64,000 nucleotides of DNA from Amphiscolops sp. MND2022 (lineage: Eukaryota). The notes under the pieces are model-generated. The model was given only the letters and a program-made list of their open reading frames with translations, did not search any database and was not told the origin of the DNA. Location of the stretch: NCBI GenBank assembly GCA_964187785.1, contig OZ076409.1, positions 81,532,001 to 81,596,000 on the forward strand, given 5' to 3'. Shown here piece after piece: positions 61,995 through 64,000 of this stretch (position 1 is the first letter of the stretch; every line of letters begins with the position of its first letter). The translations under genes were made by a program, and so were the position numbers.

Positions 61995-62848
61995 ACTCAA
62001 CTGAAAGCGACGAAGCCGATACGTTTCCGATCGATACTGGTAATCCAGTCACCAGTACGCCGCTCCATGAAACTTCGCAACATGATTTTTATTTTCCATT
62101 CCGCGAAGACTTTTCGGATGTCAAGAAAACACCGACATGTGATGATTCAAAATCAACGACTGGGTCCAATAAGTCTATCAGCTCAGGGGAAACGGAGGAA
62201 TACTGTGTGTCCAGTCTTCTTTCAGCTGAAAATGATGGAAATGAAGAAGTGCCTCAGACGGATTCCCTATATCCTGGATCTTCAGTGAGACTTGACGTCT
62301 TCGTACGCGCCATTGAAGCTATTGCCGTTAGTAACTCGTTATCCGATAAAGCAGTAAGGGACATACTCAGATTAATTCAAACGATTTTGCCTGAGAGTAA
62401 CAAATGTCCCAGTGAGAGAAATCTGAAGCGTTCTCGTAGATCACTCTGCCGTTTTGTGACAAAAGATTGTGGTTCCGGGACGCTAGCGGTTCTTTCACCG
62501 GTTGATGAATTAGAAGCGATTCTCAAGGAAAACTTTTCATCCATTTTGAAATATGACTCAGAGAAAGAGAAACAAGATCTGAAGCTGCCTCGAATAGACT
62601 TGACCAACCGTGAGCCACAGTTTACTGCGCATATATTACTGAACGTAGACGGAGTTACTCTCGTGAAGTCCTCAAATTGCAGTCTATAGCCTGTGTGGCT
62701 CGCATTGGCCAACTTACCACCTGTTTTACGTTCTTCTTTCAAGAACTTGGCTCTTGCTAGTCTTTGGTTTGGATACGGCAAACCAGACTGGGAAGTAGTT
62801 GTTGAAATGTTGCGAAAACAATTGGAAGAAGTGAGGTTAATAGTGGAG
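61995..62848 (+). pseudogene. EnSpm/CACTA-family transposase, N-terminal part through the first catalytic Asp; nonsense codon, truncated by the duplication
   Basis: LYPGS...LSDKAVRDILRLIQTILPESNKCP...LLNVDGVTLVKSSNCSL*PVWLALANLPPVLRSSFKNLALASLWFGYGKPDW. The TAG at 62687 replaces the conserved Trp of the WP motif. Confidence 0.85.
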
Positions 62849-63362
62849 CTTTCGTGGAGCAGTTTCTATAACTTAAAATGTTCCATTTTATACTAACCAT
62901 TTGTATACAAGGGTTCGATGTTTCAATTGCTTCAATAGTTTCTTTGAAGGGAGAGCCTCTATTAGGCTGCCCACTTACTTTATCCCTGAGGTGAATCTGT
63001 GTTTTATAATTGTTGTTGAAATTATTCTTATTCTCAAGAAGCTTTTCCTTGATAATTGAGTTTTTCTTGTTAATCGATTTTGAATGAGTTCGTTAATTTC
63101 CATTCGTTTTGACATCCAAACGTTTCTTGACCAATTTTCATCTCAACGGTTTCTGAACTTGCATGAAGCAGATTCTTTAGTTTCGAAACGTTCCTTTTTT
63201 CAGCCAACCGTTTGTGTACAAAGCTTCGATGTTTCAATTGCTTTAATGTTGTTACTGATAATTTTGTTTGAAATAAAGGCTTCATTTCATTCTCTTACTG
63301 TTCAAAAACAAAACATTAAGCATAGCTCTATCCTAATTCACTTCTTTCGAACTATTTTTCAG

Positions 63363-63973
63363 ATTACGCTGATGTTTTATTGATGCAGGCTTTTCATTCT
63401 CAACCGTACCGCATACTCGCTGAATGCGACGGTCATCTTTTCCGGAGCACATATGAGTTACATGATCGTTCTCATACTACTTTCTTCCGTCTTCTTAACG
63501 GTAAATTTTACATGAACCTTCTCAGGAACAAAAAAGCAGCTCGTTTGAATCATATACTGAAGAAAACATACGAAGAAGGTGAAAAATGTGGGGTAAAGTT
63601 TGCAGAGGATGACTACAATGGTTATGGAAGCTTCAACGCCACAACGACCAATTTGAACCCTAAGCAAGATTTTTCCTTGATTGGGCTTCTGGCGAAGCTA
63701 CCCGCATTTGAAGAAGATAATTGTGAGCTGTCTGTGTTCCGCAAAACACGCAGATGTAGTTACAGTCAGCTTATGGTAGGTCCTGCTAGGTTTGTTAATC
63801 ATGGGTGCGAGCCGAATGCCGTTTATTCCGCTGGTTTCTTTGAAGGACATAAGTGTGTTAAAATTGAATTTACAAAAACTATTAGGCCTGGTGAAGAAAT
63901 TGTTGTGCGCTACGCACATGACTACTTTGGGGAAGATAACATCGACTGCAGATGGTGGTGTCCGAGGGCGTGA
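63363..63973 (+). CDS. SUV4-20-like SET domain (copy 2)
   Basis: Identical to copy 1 except ELPDR->ELHDR, and carries the same post-SET lesion. Confidence 0.9.
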
Positions 63974-64000
63974 AATTCACGAATCAATTAATCAAGCAAC

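Larger units (their letters stand above)
56741..64000 (+). mobile_element. EnSpm/CACTA-type (animal) DNA transposon with cargo genes; runs off the window
   Basis: Transposase motifs at 62260-62840, co-oriented SGNH, BEN and SET ORFs, and a shared intergenic repeat module. The left end is tentatively placed at TCCAGG (56741), a near match to the CCCAG termini of local MITEs. Confidence 0.65.
60482..64000 (+). repeat. Recent 2367-bp tandem duplication (unit 60482-62848; second copy from 62849, incomplete in the window)
   Basis: The ORF pairs 61013/63380 and 60703/63070 are offset by 2367. I saw only three substitutions in the ~1.15 kb overlap. Confidence 0.95.

Overview
Repeat-saturated eukaryotic (animal-like) DNA with spliceosomal introns, LTR/LINE relics, MITEs and satellite; the repeat repertoire resembles what I recall from acoel flatworm genomes, which I have not verified. 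From left to right: (1) the right end of a Gypsy-like LTR element (1-6008) carrying a spliced antisense BED-finger/hAT-like gene, a broken sense accessory gene and an LTR-embedded gag N-terminus; (2) about 27 kb of decayed MITE/Helentron-like, LINE and Gypsy sequence; (3) the first exon of a secreted GH33 sialidase (33862-34142), the only clear host gene; (4) nested MITEs, followed by a ~16 kb 170/171-bp satellite array with stepwise 5-, 6-, 8- and 10-mer higher-order repeats that starts inside a MITE-like element; (5) the highlight, from ~56.7 kb to the end: an EnSpm/CACTA-type DNA transposon carrying an SGNH hydrolase, a BEN-domain gene and a SUV4-20/Set9-like (H4K20) SET domain. The SET domain appears to be fused by splicing to the transposase, each cargo gene is preceded by a copy of the same hairpin-containing non-coding module, and the SET unit is tandemly duplicated (2367 bp). 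All family calls come from motif recognition by eye; no database searches were run.
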